The notes under the pieces are model-generated. The model did not search any database. It saw only the letters and a list, made by a program, of their open reading frames with translations, and was not told the origin of the DNA. Positions 26,850 to 35,485 of a stretch of DNA of 43,821 bases are shown in pieces (position 1 is the stretch's first letter; every line of letters begins with the position of its first letter). The translations under genes and the position numbers were made by a program. The stretch comes from a virus. The DNA lies in UHGV virus genome UHGV-0374465, one strand, 5' to 3'.

Positions 26850-27589
26850 TGTATAAATTATATAATGGTGAAGCACTAGAAATTATGGATAAATTAATTA
26901 GTGAAGGTGTTAAAGTTGACTGTATTATCACAGACCCACCTTATGGTAGTTTAAATAAGAAAATTTTCAAATGGGATAACATTATTCCTTTTGATGAAAT
27001 GTGGGATAGAATTGATAAGTTAAAAAGAAACGACAGCACACCAGTATTATTGTTTGGCAAGCAACCTTTTTCTAGCTTTTTAAACATGAGCAATATTAAC
27101 GAATTTAGATTTGAGATTATTTGGGAAAAACAACAAGGTATAGATTTTATGAGCGCAAAAAGAAAGCCTCTTACAAACCATGAAAATATATCTGTGTTTT
27201 ATAAAAAACAAACCAATTATAACCCAATTATGGATAAAGGGACACCGTATGTTAGAAAAGGAGAATACTCATCAAGTGATATTAGTGGGGCAGGAAACTT
27301 AAAGGGTACTGCGCGTGATACCAATAATGAGGGATTTCGTTATCCAAAAACCGTACGTCTATATAGTTCGCCTAGTGGAAAACAAAGAGTACATCCTACT
27401 CAGAAGCCAATTGAGTTACTAGAATGGCTAGTGAAAAGTTATAGCAATGAAGGTGATACAATACTTGACTTCACAATGGGTAGTGGTTCAACAGGGGTTG
27501 CATGTAAAAACACAAATAGAAATTTCATTGGTATTGAATTAGATGAAACCTACTATAATATTGCTAAAGAAAGAATGGAGGACAAATAA
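26849..27589 (+). CDS. DNA methyltransferase (beta-class N6A/N4C; DPPY before FxGxG)
   Basis: IITDPPYGS ... ILDFTMGSGSTGVAC. No adjacent restriction endonuclease. Confidence 0.8.
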   Translation: MYKLYNGEALEIMDKLISEGVKVDCIITDPPYGSLNKKIFKWDNIIPFDEMWDRIDKLKRNDSTPVLLFGKQPFSSFLNMSNINEFRFEIIWEKQQGIDFMSAKRKPLTNHENISVFYKKQTNYNPIMDKGTPYVRKGEYSSSDISGAGNLKGTARDTNNEGFRYPKTVRLYSSPSGKQRVHPTQKPIELLEWLVKSYSNEGDTILDFTMGSGSTGVACKNTNRNFIGIELDETYYNIAKERMEDK

Positions 27590-27799
27590 ATGAATTATGA
27601 TGAATTAATCACTAAACTAGATCAACTGCTACCACCAAAGAATCAGAAGCTTAAGGTGTCTGACAAATATTTCTACTATTGTTATGGTTATTTAACCTCG
27701 TTGGATAGTTTTAATATTATTTCAAAAGAGGATTACGTAAACGCCCACAGGTACGTAACTATGAGTATGAATGATAATAAATATAAGGAGGAAGAATAA
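27590..27799 (+). CDS. Hypothetical protein
   Basis: 69 aa, coupled to the MTase stop. Confidence 0.45.
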   Translation: MNYDELITKLDQLLPPKNQKLKVSDKYFYYCYGYLTSLDSFNIISKEDYVNAHRYVTMSMNDNKYKEEE

Positions 27800-27999
27800 T
27801 GGATAAGCGATTATTTAACACAGAGTTTAAAAATGGATATTGTGTGACAGTATTCAGTCAATCAAGATTTGAGTTACAATACTATGTAGAAGTTTTCCAT
27901 GTTAATGAGCCGCAAGATAATCATAGAGTTGAGTTTCATACCGCGCGCGAGGTTTTTGGATATTTATCAGATATTCAAAATTATAAACAAAAAGACTAG
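27799..27999 (+). CDS. Hypothetical protein
   Basis: 66 aa, GGAGG RBS. Confidence 0.45.
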   Translation: MDKRLFNTEFKNGYCVTVFSQSRFELQYYVEVFHVNEPQDNHRVEFHTAREVFGYLSDIQNYKQKD

Positions 28000-28020
28000 T
28001 CAATTGACTAGTCTTAACGA
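27997..28020. repeat. Perfect 24 bp palindrome AAGACTAGTCAATTGACTAGTCTT
   Basis: Exact symmetry, overlaps a stop codon. The ACTAGT hexamer is also the core of the terS-terL hairpins. Confidence 0.6.
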
Positions 28021-28065
28021 GAGGAGGGAGGAGGAATCCCTATAATTAATTATAGCATAAAATAA

Positions 28066-28094
28066 AAGTTTTGTGTTGACATTGAAACAATATT
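28066..28094 (+). promoter_or_regulatory. Early promoter E9 (TTGACA-17-TAAGAT)
   Basis: Canonical spacing upstream of 28137. Confidence 0.5.
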
Positions 28095-28136
28095 ATGTTA
28101 AGATTGAGATAGTTAAACGAGAAAGGATTTGATAAA

Positions 28137-28448
28137 ATGTTTAATGAATCTGAAGAACTACAGAATACACTTGATAAAATAATACAGGGTTCACGTATTA
28201 CAGGCAGTGTATTTGAACCTGAAGAATTAAAAAATACAAAACGCTACAAAACCAGCTCAGGTAAACAACTCTTTGACGTGCTAGAAGATGATTTACTAAC
28301 TTATGAAGAATTACGTGGTTTCTACAAAGCGAACATTTACAAATATACACACAGATATAAACAAAAAAACGGCATTGAAGATTTGAAAAAAGTAAAGGTC
28401 TATGTAGATCAACTAATAAAACTGGAGGAAAAACAAGATGAGATTTGA
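28137..28448 (+). CDS. DUF3310-like phage protein
   Basis: YKANIYKYTHRYKQKNGIEDLKKVKVYVDQLI resembles the DUF3310 signature GNiiKY..R..KkG..DLeKa..Yl..Li. Confidence 0.5.
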   Translation: MFNESEELQNTLDKIIQGSRITGSVFEPEELKNTKRYKTSSGKQLFDVLEDDLLTYEELRGFYKANIYKYTHRYKQKNGIEDLKKVKVYVDQLIKLEEKQDEI

Positions 28449-28908
28449 ACCATTAAACGAGCCGTATGATATGTACGCCATAACAGATGAGGGTCATGTG
28501 TTTCATTTAGATAAAGAACGATATGAACGTGAATTAATGGATCCAAAAAATGGAAAGATGTATGTAGTACTGGAAGGCTCACATAAGAAGTCACGTAAGT
28601 TCTACGTCTCTCAATTAGTAGCAGACATGTTTGTTAGAAATGAGCATAATTTAGGTTATTTATATTTTAAAGATGGTAACGTACAAAATAGTCACTATAC
28701 AAATATTGGTTACGCCATTAATCCAAAAGAAGGGGTACAACGTGTGGCACGTCCTTTCAGAAAGAAAGTAGAGGCAAAACGACATGCCTTGATTGTTGCA
28801 ATAGGTCAAGCATGTGATTACAAAGATTTTAAAGAAGCCAATAGATTAGGTAGAGAATTGTGGGAGTTGGAGGGCGCGTCATATGATAACAGAAACCATG
28901 AGTTTTGA
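28438..28908 (+). CDS. HNH_3/NUMOD-like homing-endonuclease-related protein, probably catalytically degenerate
   Basis: YAITDEGHVFHL ... KFYVSQLVADMFVRNEHNLGYLYFKDGNVQNSHYTN parallels YeVS.G.V.S ... vHRLVA.aF ... HkDGNk.NN but has F in place of the catalytic H. Confidence 0.45.
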   Translation: MRFEPLNEPYDMYAITDEGHVFHLDKERYERELMDPKNGKMYVVLEGSHKKSRKFYVSQLVADMFVRNEHNLGYLYFKDGNVQNSHYTNIGYAINPKEGVQRVARPFRKKVEAKRHALIVAIGQACDYKDFKEANRLGRELWELEGASYDNRNHEF

Positions 28909-29644
28909 TATTCACTATACAGGAAGTAAAGGAAACTGTGCTTCTATCTATTATGATAACTTAGGATTCTTAATTGATATAGGGAAGCCATATAAATACA
29001 TTGAACCTTATTTATTTAACAAGCAATTCATTATAATCACACATAAGCACCAAGATCACCTTGTATATACAACATATAAAAAGATTAGAGAAAATTTTCC
29101 ACATATTCAAATATTGGGTAATCAGGAAGTACAAGATAACTTAAAGAAACGTAACTTACCACTGTTAGACCTTATATTCAAAGATGACTTCCAATTCCAA
29201 ATTGGTGAAGTTAAGTTCACCACAATTCAGAATTATCATGGAGCTGGAGAAGAGTATACAGAAACACATGGTTTCATTATGGAGACACATAACCAAAATA
29301 CTTTGTTTGCCACTGATTTAAGTACAATGACAGACTATGAAAAGTATCTTTTGGAAAACGACTTAACGATTGATAACCTATTACTTGAAGCTAACTATGA
29401 CCCTAAAGTTATTGAATTTTACGAATCTACAAAACAGCACACTGGGTATGATGTGTTTAGTAATGGTAGTTACCGTCACTTAAGTACAACAGAACGAGAG
29501 TTATTTGTTGACAAATTTGGTAAAGATGATATGATTAATGTAGAACTACACCAGTCAGAAACATATCGTACTTTTGATGGGTTAATTAGACGATCAAAAG
29601 GAAAAATTACAAAAAAAGATGTTGACAACTGGCTGGTAAGATGA
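28883..29644 (+). CDS. Metallo-beta-lactamase-fold hydrolase
   Basis: IITHKHQDHL (HxHxDH motif). Confidence 0.65.
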   Translation: MITETMSFDIHYTGSKGNCASIYYDNLGFLIDIGKPYKYIEPYLFNKQFIIITHKHQDHLVYTTYKKIRENFPHIQILGNQEVQDNLKKRNLPLLDLIFKDDFQFQIGEVKFTTIQNYHGAGEEYTETHGFIMETHNQNTLFATDLSTMTDYEKYLLENDLTIDNLLLEANYDPKVIEFYESTKQHTGYDVFSNGSYRHLSTTERELFVDKFGKDDMINVELHQSETYRTFDGLIRRSKGKITKKDVDNWLVR

Positions 29645-29679
29645 TAAGATTAAAACATAAAGACAGAGGAGGAAGCAAA

Positions 29680-29853
29680 ATGAAATTAGAGATAACATGG
29701 AGAGAATCACAGGAAGTATTATCAGCAATAAATGCCTGGGTATCAAAATATGGGTCTGACAATATGTCAGAGGAAATGAAAGAACTTACAGAAAAATGTC
29801 TTGCATTTGACAAGCAAATCTTAGATAACTTTGGAGTGGAGGAAGAAAAATGA
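29680..29853 (+). CDS. Hypothetical protein (57 aa)
   Basis: GAGGAGG RBS + ATG at 29680. Confidence 0.4.
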   Translation: MKLEITWRESQEVLSAINAWVSKYGSDNMSEEMKELTEKCLAFDKQILDNFGVEEEK

Positions 29854-30077
29854 CTTATCAATATGGAGATCTAGTAAAATTTACAAACAACTATGGAATG
29901 CACGCAGCACAAGGCGACGAAGGAACTGTACAACACGTAGACAAGTTTGGAAACATTCTTGTCTTAGTTGAAACAGGAGACTTCGCAGCACGCTTTGAGG
30001 AAGTACGTGACGAAGATATTGAACTGATTGATCGCTTGAGTGATGAAGATTTGGATTTGTTGAAGGAGGAACTGTGA
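29850..30077 (+). CDS. Hypothetical acidic protein
   Basis: 75 aa, ATGA coupling. Confidence 0.45.
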   Translation: MTYQYGDLVKFTNNYGMHAAQGDEGTVQHVDKFGNILVLVETGDFAARFEEVRDEDIELIDRLSDEDLDLLKEEL

Positions 30078-30079
30078 GA

Positions 30080-30247
30080 ATGAACTATAAAACACTTTTG
30101 AAATTAGATTACTCATATACTGAAAACCAGTTGTTTGATTTAATTGAGAAGTATAAGTGGTTATTAAAAATAAATTATACGATTGATGAAATTTTTGCAG
30201 TAGAGTATAAACGCCTTCAAATGGAGGATGAAAAACATGGCCTTTGA
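30080..30247 (+). CDS. Hypothetical protein (55 aa)
   Basis: GGAGG RBS. Overlaps the next gene. Confidence 0.3.
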   Translation: MNYKTLLKLDYSYTENQLFDLIEKYKWLLKINYTIDEIFAVEYKRLQMEDEKHGL

Positions 30248-31043
30248 GTTATCAATTCAATCTACAGGTAAACATGAAATACAATTCATTGGCTACGAAA
30301 AAACACTTGATGATGTTAGGAGATTAGCTGAACGTATGAAAGAGCAAGAAGTGAACGAGGAAAACATTATTGAAAACAAAAAACTTCTTGCTGAAATTCG
30401 TAAGGAAATTAAAAAATTAGACTCAGAACGTCTAGCTGTTAAGCGTGAAATTATGACACCCTATGACGAACTCAATGAGAAAATAAAAGTATTGAAAGAA
30501 GTACTGGGTGAAGGTGAGGGTCATATAAATGCTCAAATTAAAGAGATTACCGCTCGTGAGCAGGAACAACGTAAGTTACAAATCAAGGACTTATTTAAGA
30601 AGTATCAAAAGTCATATAACGCTCCACAATGGCTTACTTTTGATAAGTTCATTGCCAAAAACCCAACACTAATTACTAATAAGTCAACTAGTGCTAAGAA
30701 GATACGTGAAGCGGTGGTTTCTTATTTTGAAGCATTTAAACAAGACTATTCTAAGTTAAAAGAGACTTATCCTGACAAAGATGATCGTTCTGCCATTCTG
30801 ATTGCCTACTCTAAAAACGGTCATAATATGCAAGAAGCTATCATTGACTATGCTAATATGATTGCTGAGAAAGAACGTCTTGAAAAAGAACAGGCTAGAG
30901 TGAAAGAAACCAGAGTGCCTGACATTGTCATACTCACTGGAAACGAGCAAAAACAGGAGGCTCCTAAACCAGTTGAATATGTAACAATTAAAGTTAAGAA
31001 AGAAGATTTGAGGAAACTTAAAATTGAGTATGAGGTACTATAA
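30237..31043 (+). CDS. Coiled-coil protein, possibly DUF1351-type
   Basis: 268 aa, Lys/Glu-rich heptad regions. RBS-supported ATG at 30237. Confidence 0.5.
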   Translation: MAFELSIQSTGKHEIQFIGYEKTLDDVRRLAERMKEQEVNEENIIENKKLLAEIRKEIKKLDSERLAVKREIMTPYDELNEKIKVLKEVLGEGEGHINAQIKEITAREQEQRKLQIKDLFKKYQKSYNAPQWLTFDKFIAKNPTLITNKSTSAKKIREAVVSYFEAFKQDYSKLKETYPDKDDRSAILIAYSKNGHNMQEAIIDYANMIAEKERLEKEQARVKETRVPDIVILTGNEQKQEAPKPVEYVTIKVKKEDLRKLKIEYEVL

Positions 31044-31124
31044 TAAGCTACACAAGTAAGGGAATATGTGCTATAATAGATTTTGTAAGAGAGAAAATAA
31101 AACAAATTAATTGGAGGAATTAAG

Positions 31125-31817
31125 ATGTCAGAATTGAAAAAAGTAATTATCGTTAGCGCAGAGGAAGATGATATTAGCGTGAAATTACAGGTAGCCAGTG
31201 AAGATTATAGCGCTATCTATGAAGCTGCAGTATTTAAACAAACATATGATAAAGACTCTAAAACATGGAACGACTTCACAGATGAAGATACAAAAGGCAA
31301 AGAACGACTTGAAAAAGCATTAGAACTTTTAGGTGGCTCTTTTTACAACTTGGAAGATAAAGAGTTAGAAATGTATGTAGACGAAGAAACAGGCAAAGCA
31401 TATTTTGAAGAAGGAACATCATTCAAAAAGATTGAGAAACCACTGGTTTCACTAAAACGGTTGAAGCAAGTTCCCATTGTAGAAATCAAAGATAGTGCTA
31501 AAGGGCGTGCGGTAGTTGTAGAGCATGATGGTAAATACTACTCATTTAATTTCAATTCAGGAGTATATATCGATAAATTGAACAAATTTATTCCTAATCA
31601 AGCGAAACTTGCCAAAGCCAAAGCACGCTTCAATGAGTTGTTTGAAGATGTAAATGTAACATGGGATACTGCAGAAATGGCGATTGGAATGGTTGTGGAT
31701 TGCACTGTTAATAAAAATATGCTGGATCCAAAATCCCCATATGGATGGTTGGAGGCACAACCACTTGATCCTGATGACCAGAAAGAGGTTGTAACAGAAG
31801 AGGAGTTACCATTCTAA
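31125..31817 (+). CDS. Hypothetical acidic protein (possible recombination/SSAP-associated; unassigned)
   Basis: 230 aa. Position next to the DUF1351-like gene in the replication/recombination block. Confidence 0.5.
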   Translation: MSELKKVIIVSAEEDDISVKLQVASEDYSAIYEAAVFKQTYDKDSKTWNDFTDEDTKGKERLEKALELLGGSFYNLEDKELEMYVDEETGKAYFEEGTSFKKIEKPLVSLKRLKQVPIVEIKDSAKGRAVVVEHDGKYYSFNFNSGVYIDKLNKFIPNQAKLAKAKARFNELFEDVNVTWDTAEMAIGMVVDCTVNKNMLDPKSPYGWLEAQPLDPDDQKEVVTEEELPF

Positions 31818-31847
31818 AATAAATGTAAAAGAGGTTAGCCAAAACGG

Positions 31848-31876
31848 TTGACTTCTTTTTTTATCCATGCTATACT
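31848..31876 (+). promoter_or_regulatory. Early promoter E5 (TTGACT-17-TATACT) with conserved leader. A T-run-containing imperfect hairpin lies upstream.
   Basis: gaggttagccaaaacggttgacttcttttttt, then ccatgcTATACTtaattcataa. Confidence 0.55.
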
Positions 31877-31906
31877 TAATTCATAATTTAATAGGAGGTA
31901 ATTAAA

Positions 31907-32236
31907 ATGAATAACAATACAATTATCATTCACGTACCATCAGAAGATTTAAAGGAGGGTAATCTTTGGGATAAAATTTACGACATGTTTGCACAAGAAT
32001 TAATAAGATTAAATATGGAACATGCAGCAGAGTTTAATGCAAGAGTAGGTTTTACAAACGATCCAATCCGCAAAGCAACTAACCGTATGATGATAACTAG
32101 ACTAGTTAAGTCTATGAGTGGTTATAAGGTTGAGATAAAGCATGAAGACGTTGAAACGGGTATAACTACTCTTGCTGTATCAATCCATACAACGACTGAT
32201 CCTTTAACACACTACCAATGGGGTGATGGAGAATGA
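31907..32236 (+). CDS. Hypothetical protein
   Basis: 109 aa, TAGGAGG RBS. Confidence 0.45.
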   Translation: MNNNTIIIHVPSEDLKEGNLWDKIYDMFAQELIRLNMEHAAEFNARVGFTNDPIRKATNRMMITRLVKSMSGYKVEIKHEDVETGITTLAVSIHTTTDPLTHYQWGDGE

Positions 32237-32442
32237 AGATTGGAAACGTGGTTGAATTAAAAAGAGATAATCTAAACGGAATTGGCATTAAAGGTGAGAA
32301 AGGTGTGGTACTGTACAAGCTTTACGAACCAGTTGACGGATGTGAACTAATGGTTAAGTTATACAGTGGTTCAACAGAAGCCTTCATAGAACAAGATTTA
32401 AAATTATCAGTTAAAAACATTGACAAAGTTAACTTCACATAG
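32233..32442 (+). CDS. Hypothetical protein
   Basis: 69 aa, ATGA coupling. Confidence 0.45.
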   Translation: MKIGNVVELKRDNLNGIGIKGEKGVVLYKLYEPVDGCELMVKLYSGSTEAFIEQDLKLSVKNIDKVNFT

Positions 32443-32448
32443 TAAACT
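32420..32448 (+). promoter_or_regulatory. Early promoter E6 (TTGACA-17-TAAACT) embedded in the 3' end of the preceding gene
   Basis: Canonical spacing. Followed by the leader cttaattcataagataaagagagg. Confidence 0.5.
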
Positions 32449-32479
32449 TAATTCATAAGATAAAGAGAGGAAGATTAAA

Positions 32480-32812
32480 ATGACTAAACAAAATCCAGTA
32501 TTAGAAACATTGAAGAAAATGAACACACCACAACAGGAGGAAAAAGAAATGACTAACGAAGAATTACAACATGAAATATATAAAGAACAGTTACGCCAAT
32601 TAAAAGAATTGAAGGAAGATAGTAAAAAACCAAGTTTGACTGTTTATTTATTGCTAGCACTCTTCTTAGGAGGAATTGGTGCCCATGATTTCTATGTTGG
32701 AAAACCAGTGCAAGGACTCATTAAACTAGCATTCTGTTGGACAGGTATTCCTACAATTGTTTCACTATTCAATATTATTGGTGCGTTGATGAACAAACAA
32801 AACTTTAAATAA
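32480..32812 (+). CDS. TM2 domain-containing membrane protein
   Basis: LFLGGIGAHDFYVGKPVQGLIKL matches the TM2 signature G..G.H.FY.G....G..kL. Confidence 0.6.
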   Translation: MTKQNPVLETLKKMNTPQQEEKEMTNEELQHEIYKEQLRQLKELKEDSKKPSLTVYLLLALFLGGIGAHDFYVGKPVQGLIKLAFCWTGIPTIVSLFNIIGALMNKQNFK

Positions 32813-32828
32813 TAGGAGGAAGATTAAA

Positions 32829-33035
32829 ATGATGTTAGTAGACAACTTAATTTTAACAGTGAAAGATGAAGATGGTGTAATTATCAACAGACATTTTAAT
32901 GAGGTGTATATAAAGATTGATCCAACTCAAATGATGATTGCAAACAAGAAGAAAACGATTGCCGTTTATAAGTTAGATGATATCTTGTATATGCAAACAC
33001 AAGGACATCCACGTCATTTCAAATGTTTCAGATGA
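32829..33035 (+). CDS. Hypothetical protein
   Basis: 68 aa, TAGGAGG RBS. Confidence 0.4.
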   Translation: MMLVDNLILTVKDEDGVIINRHFNEVYIKIDPTQMMIANKKKTIAVYKLDDILYMQTQGHPRHFKCFR

Positions 33036-33075
33036 GACACACAATAGAAAGCTTCATAGAATTTCTACTTTGTAC

Positions 33076-33104
33076 TTGTGTATTAGCAATTGACGTGATA
33101 TACT
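33076..33104 (+). promoter_or_regulatory. Early promoter E10 (TTGTGT-17-TGaTATACT, extended -10)
   Basis: Upstream of the polymerase gene. Confidence 0.4.
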
Positions 33105-33137
33105 ATATTATATTCAAACGAGAGAGGAAGTAACTAG

Positions 33138-35417
33138 ATGAAAAACATTGCAGAATTTAAAGGTGCTGAAAAACTGGCATCTAAACTGTTAGAAATATTC
33201 GCAGCACTTGCTGGAAATGGGAAAAGTTTTGATCCAATAGTAGAAGGAGTTCACCAAGTTGTAGTGATTAAAGCAGAGGAACGTTTATCTGCTAAAGGTA
33301 AAGAAATGAAAGAAATTAAAGTACGCAGCACAAATGATGGACGTGACGCTACTTTTTATATTATGAAGTTTCGTAAAAAAGACTGGAAAACTTGGGAAAA
33401 TATTGAAGTAGGTCAACAACTGATGATTACTCTGAAATACAATAATGGTTTTCCAAATGTAGCCATTAATCAAAAAGGAGCAGTTATTGATAATTTACCT
33501 GAGAAACCACACGGGGCACTAACACATCAAACAATCTATATTTATGATATTGAAGTATTTAAAAAAGATAATTTATTTGTTTTCAGAGATTACTTCACTA
33601 AAGAATGGACAGTTATTCATAATGATTTAGACGCGTTACGTAAGTTCTATCTTGCGAATAGAGATTCATTGTTTGTTGGTTATAATTCACACTCATATGA
33701 TTCCAATGTCATGCGTGCCTATTTACAAGGTAAAAACCCATTTCATGTGTCAAAAGCGATCATTGAAAGTGATGACAGAGCGTTAGCATATAAAATGTTT
33801 GATACTAAGAAAACACCACTGTTTGGAATGGATTTATATCAAGACAATAGAGGTTTTAGTTTGAAAGAACATAGCGCTTTCATGGGTATTAATATTAAAG
33901 AAACTGAGGTAGACTTTGATTTAGATAGAGAACTAACAGAAGAAGAACAAGTCTTGAATGAGTTGTACTGTAAAAATGATGTGTTAGCTACGGAAAAACG
34001 TTTTGAACAAAATATAGGCATGTTAGTAGCTAAGGCTGCAATTGCACTATATTTTGATTTAGATAAAATGGCACTGTCAATGACTAACGCAAATTTAACA
34101 GCTGAACTATTGGGGGCTGAAAAGACACCTGATAGAGGTGATGAGTTAGATAAGTATGAACTACCAGAAGGATTTAAAATTGAATCAGAGACCATCCGTC
34201 AGGCGTTTATGACAGATGAATTTGAAGCTAATGATAAAGGACATGCTAGTATTTCATTAGATGTACCACGTAGAGACGTAACAGAGGTTTTAGGGGTAGG
34301 TGGGATACACGGTGCTAAGGAGTCATTTATTCATGTAGGTAACTTCCATGCACGTGACGTAGGTTCTCTATATCCAAACACAATGGTATTGTTTGACTAC
34401 TTATCAAGAAACATTCCAGAAGATAAACGGCATATCTATCAAATGTTATTAGATGAACGCATGGAAGCCAAGTATTCTAATAAAGAATTTACTGAAATTA
34501 AAGGCGTTCAAATTCCAACAAAGTTGCTAATTAATGGTTATAAACTACCTTTAAACACGAAATATGGTGCAATGGGAGCTGAGTTTAATAAACTATATGA
34601 TCCACGCATGAGATTATTAGTGTGTATCACTGGACAGATGGCAATGTGGGACTTACTAGAAAAGATTGAAGACCATGCTACTATTATTCAATCAAACACA
34701 GACGCACACTACTATATTCCATTCAGTGAAGAAGATGAAAAAGCTATTGATGAGATTGCAAATGATTGGATGAAACGAACAGGATACACCTTAGATGATG
34801 ATCCATTTAAAGCTATTTTCCAGAAGGACGTTAATAATTATTTAGCTGTTACATCAGACGGTAAAGTGAAGTTTAAGGGTGCCATAGGACTAACTAATGG
34901 TTTGAAAGTATCTAAAGCAATTGTGTCAAATGCTTTTATTAACTACGTGGTTGCTGGTAAAGATTATAAAGATTTTATCAATGAATGTGACGAACTACGT
35001 CAATTCCAAATGATTACTAAAACTGGCTGGACATTTGATGATACTATTGTACGTGATAGTGAAGGTAATGAAATGAAAGCACAAAAAGTAAACCGCACAT
35101 TTGCAATAAAAGACCCTAATAAAGCTGTTGAAATATTCAAGGTGAAACGTGGAGCTGTAATTGAAGAGGAAGGCACAACTATTGTTGGTGATGATTCTTA
35201 TACTAAAGGTTTACCTAATGCACCTGAGTATTATGCCATTGACAATGACGCAATTGGTGAAGGATGGATAACTATTGATGATATTGATAAAGAATACTAT
35301 ATAAACCAGGTGGAAGATTTACTTGTAATGTGGTTTGGTACAAATTGGAAAGAGCGTATTGAGCAGGCGCATAGCCAGATAGATGAATTTCCAGAAGTTA
35401 AAAATTATATTGACTAA
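33138..35417 (+). CDS. Family B DNA polymerase with a 3'-5' exonuclease domain
   Basis: Exo I YDIEV, Exo II YNSHSYDSNVM, Exo III YCKNDV. Pol motif A DVGSLYPNTM, motif B KLPLNTKYG, and a QSNTDAHY motif-C-like segment. Confidence 0.8.
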   Translation: MKNIAEFKGAEKLASKLLEIFAALAGNGKSFDPIVEGVHQVVVIKAEERLSAKGKEMKEIKVRSTNDGRDATFYIMKFRKKDWKTWENIEVGQQLMITLKYNNGFPNVAINQKGAVIDNLPEKPHGALTHQTIYIYDIEVFKKDNLFVFRDYFTKEWTVIHNDLDALRKFYLANRDSLFVGYNSHSYDSNVMRAYLQGKNPFHVSKAIIESDDRALAYKMFDTKKTPLFGMDLYQDNRGFSLKEHSAFMGINIKETEVDFDLDRELTEEEQVLNELYCKNDVLATEKRFEQNIGMLVAKAAIALYFDLDKMALSMTNANLTAELLGAEKTPDRGDELDKYELPEGFKIESETIRQAFMTDEFEANDKGHASISLDVPRRDVTEVLGVGGIHGAKESFIHVGNFHARDVGSLYPNTMVLFDYLSRNIPEDKRHIYQMLLDERMEAKYSNKEFTEIKGVQIPTKLLINGYKLPLNTKYGAMGAEFNKLYDPRMRLLVCITGQMAMWDLLEKIEDHATIIQSNTDAHYYIPFSEEDEKAIDEIANDWMKRTGYTLDDDPFKAIFQKDVNNYLAVTSDGKVKFKGAIGLTNGLKVSKAIVSNAFINYVVAGKDYKDFINECDELRQFQMITKTGWTFDDTIVRDSEGNEMKAQKVNRTFAIKDPNKAVEIFKVKRGAVIEEEGTTIVGDDSYTKGLPNAPEYYAIDNDAIGEGWITIDDIDKEYYINQVEDLLVMWFGTNWKERIEQAHSQIDEFPEVKNYID

Positions 35418-35421
35418 ACAC

Positions 35422-35450
35422 TTGACACCTCTTAACTGAGGTGTTATACT
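35422..35450 (+). promoter_or_regulatory. Early promoter E7 (TTGACA-17-TATACT) with a 7 bp hairpin ACACCTC-ttaact-GAGGTGT in the spacer
   Basis: Same architecture as E4. 5 nt after the polymerase stop. Confidence 0.6.
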
Positions 35451-35485
35451 TAATTCATAAAGTAATAGGAGGAAAATAAAATAAT

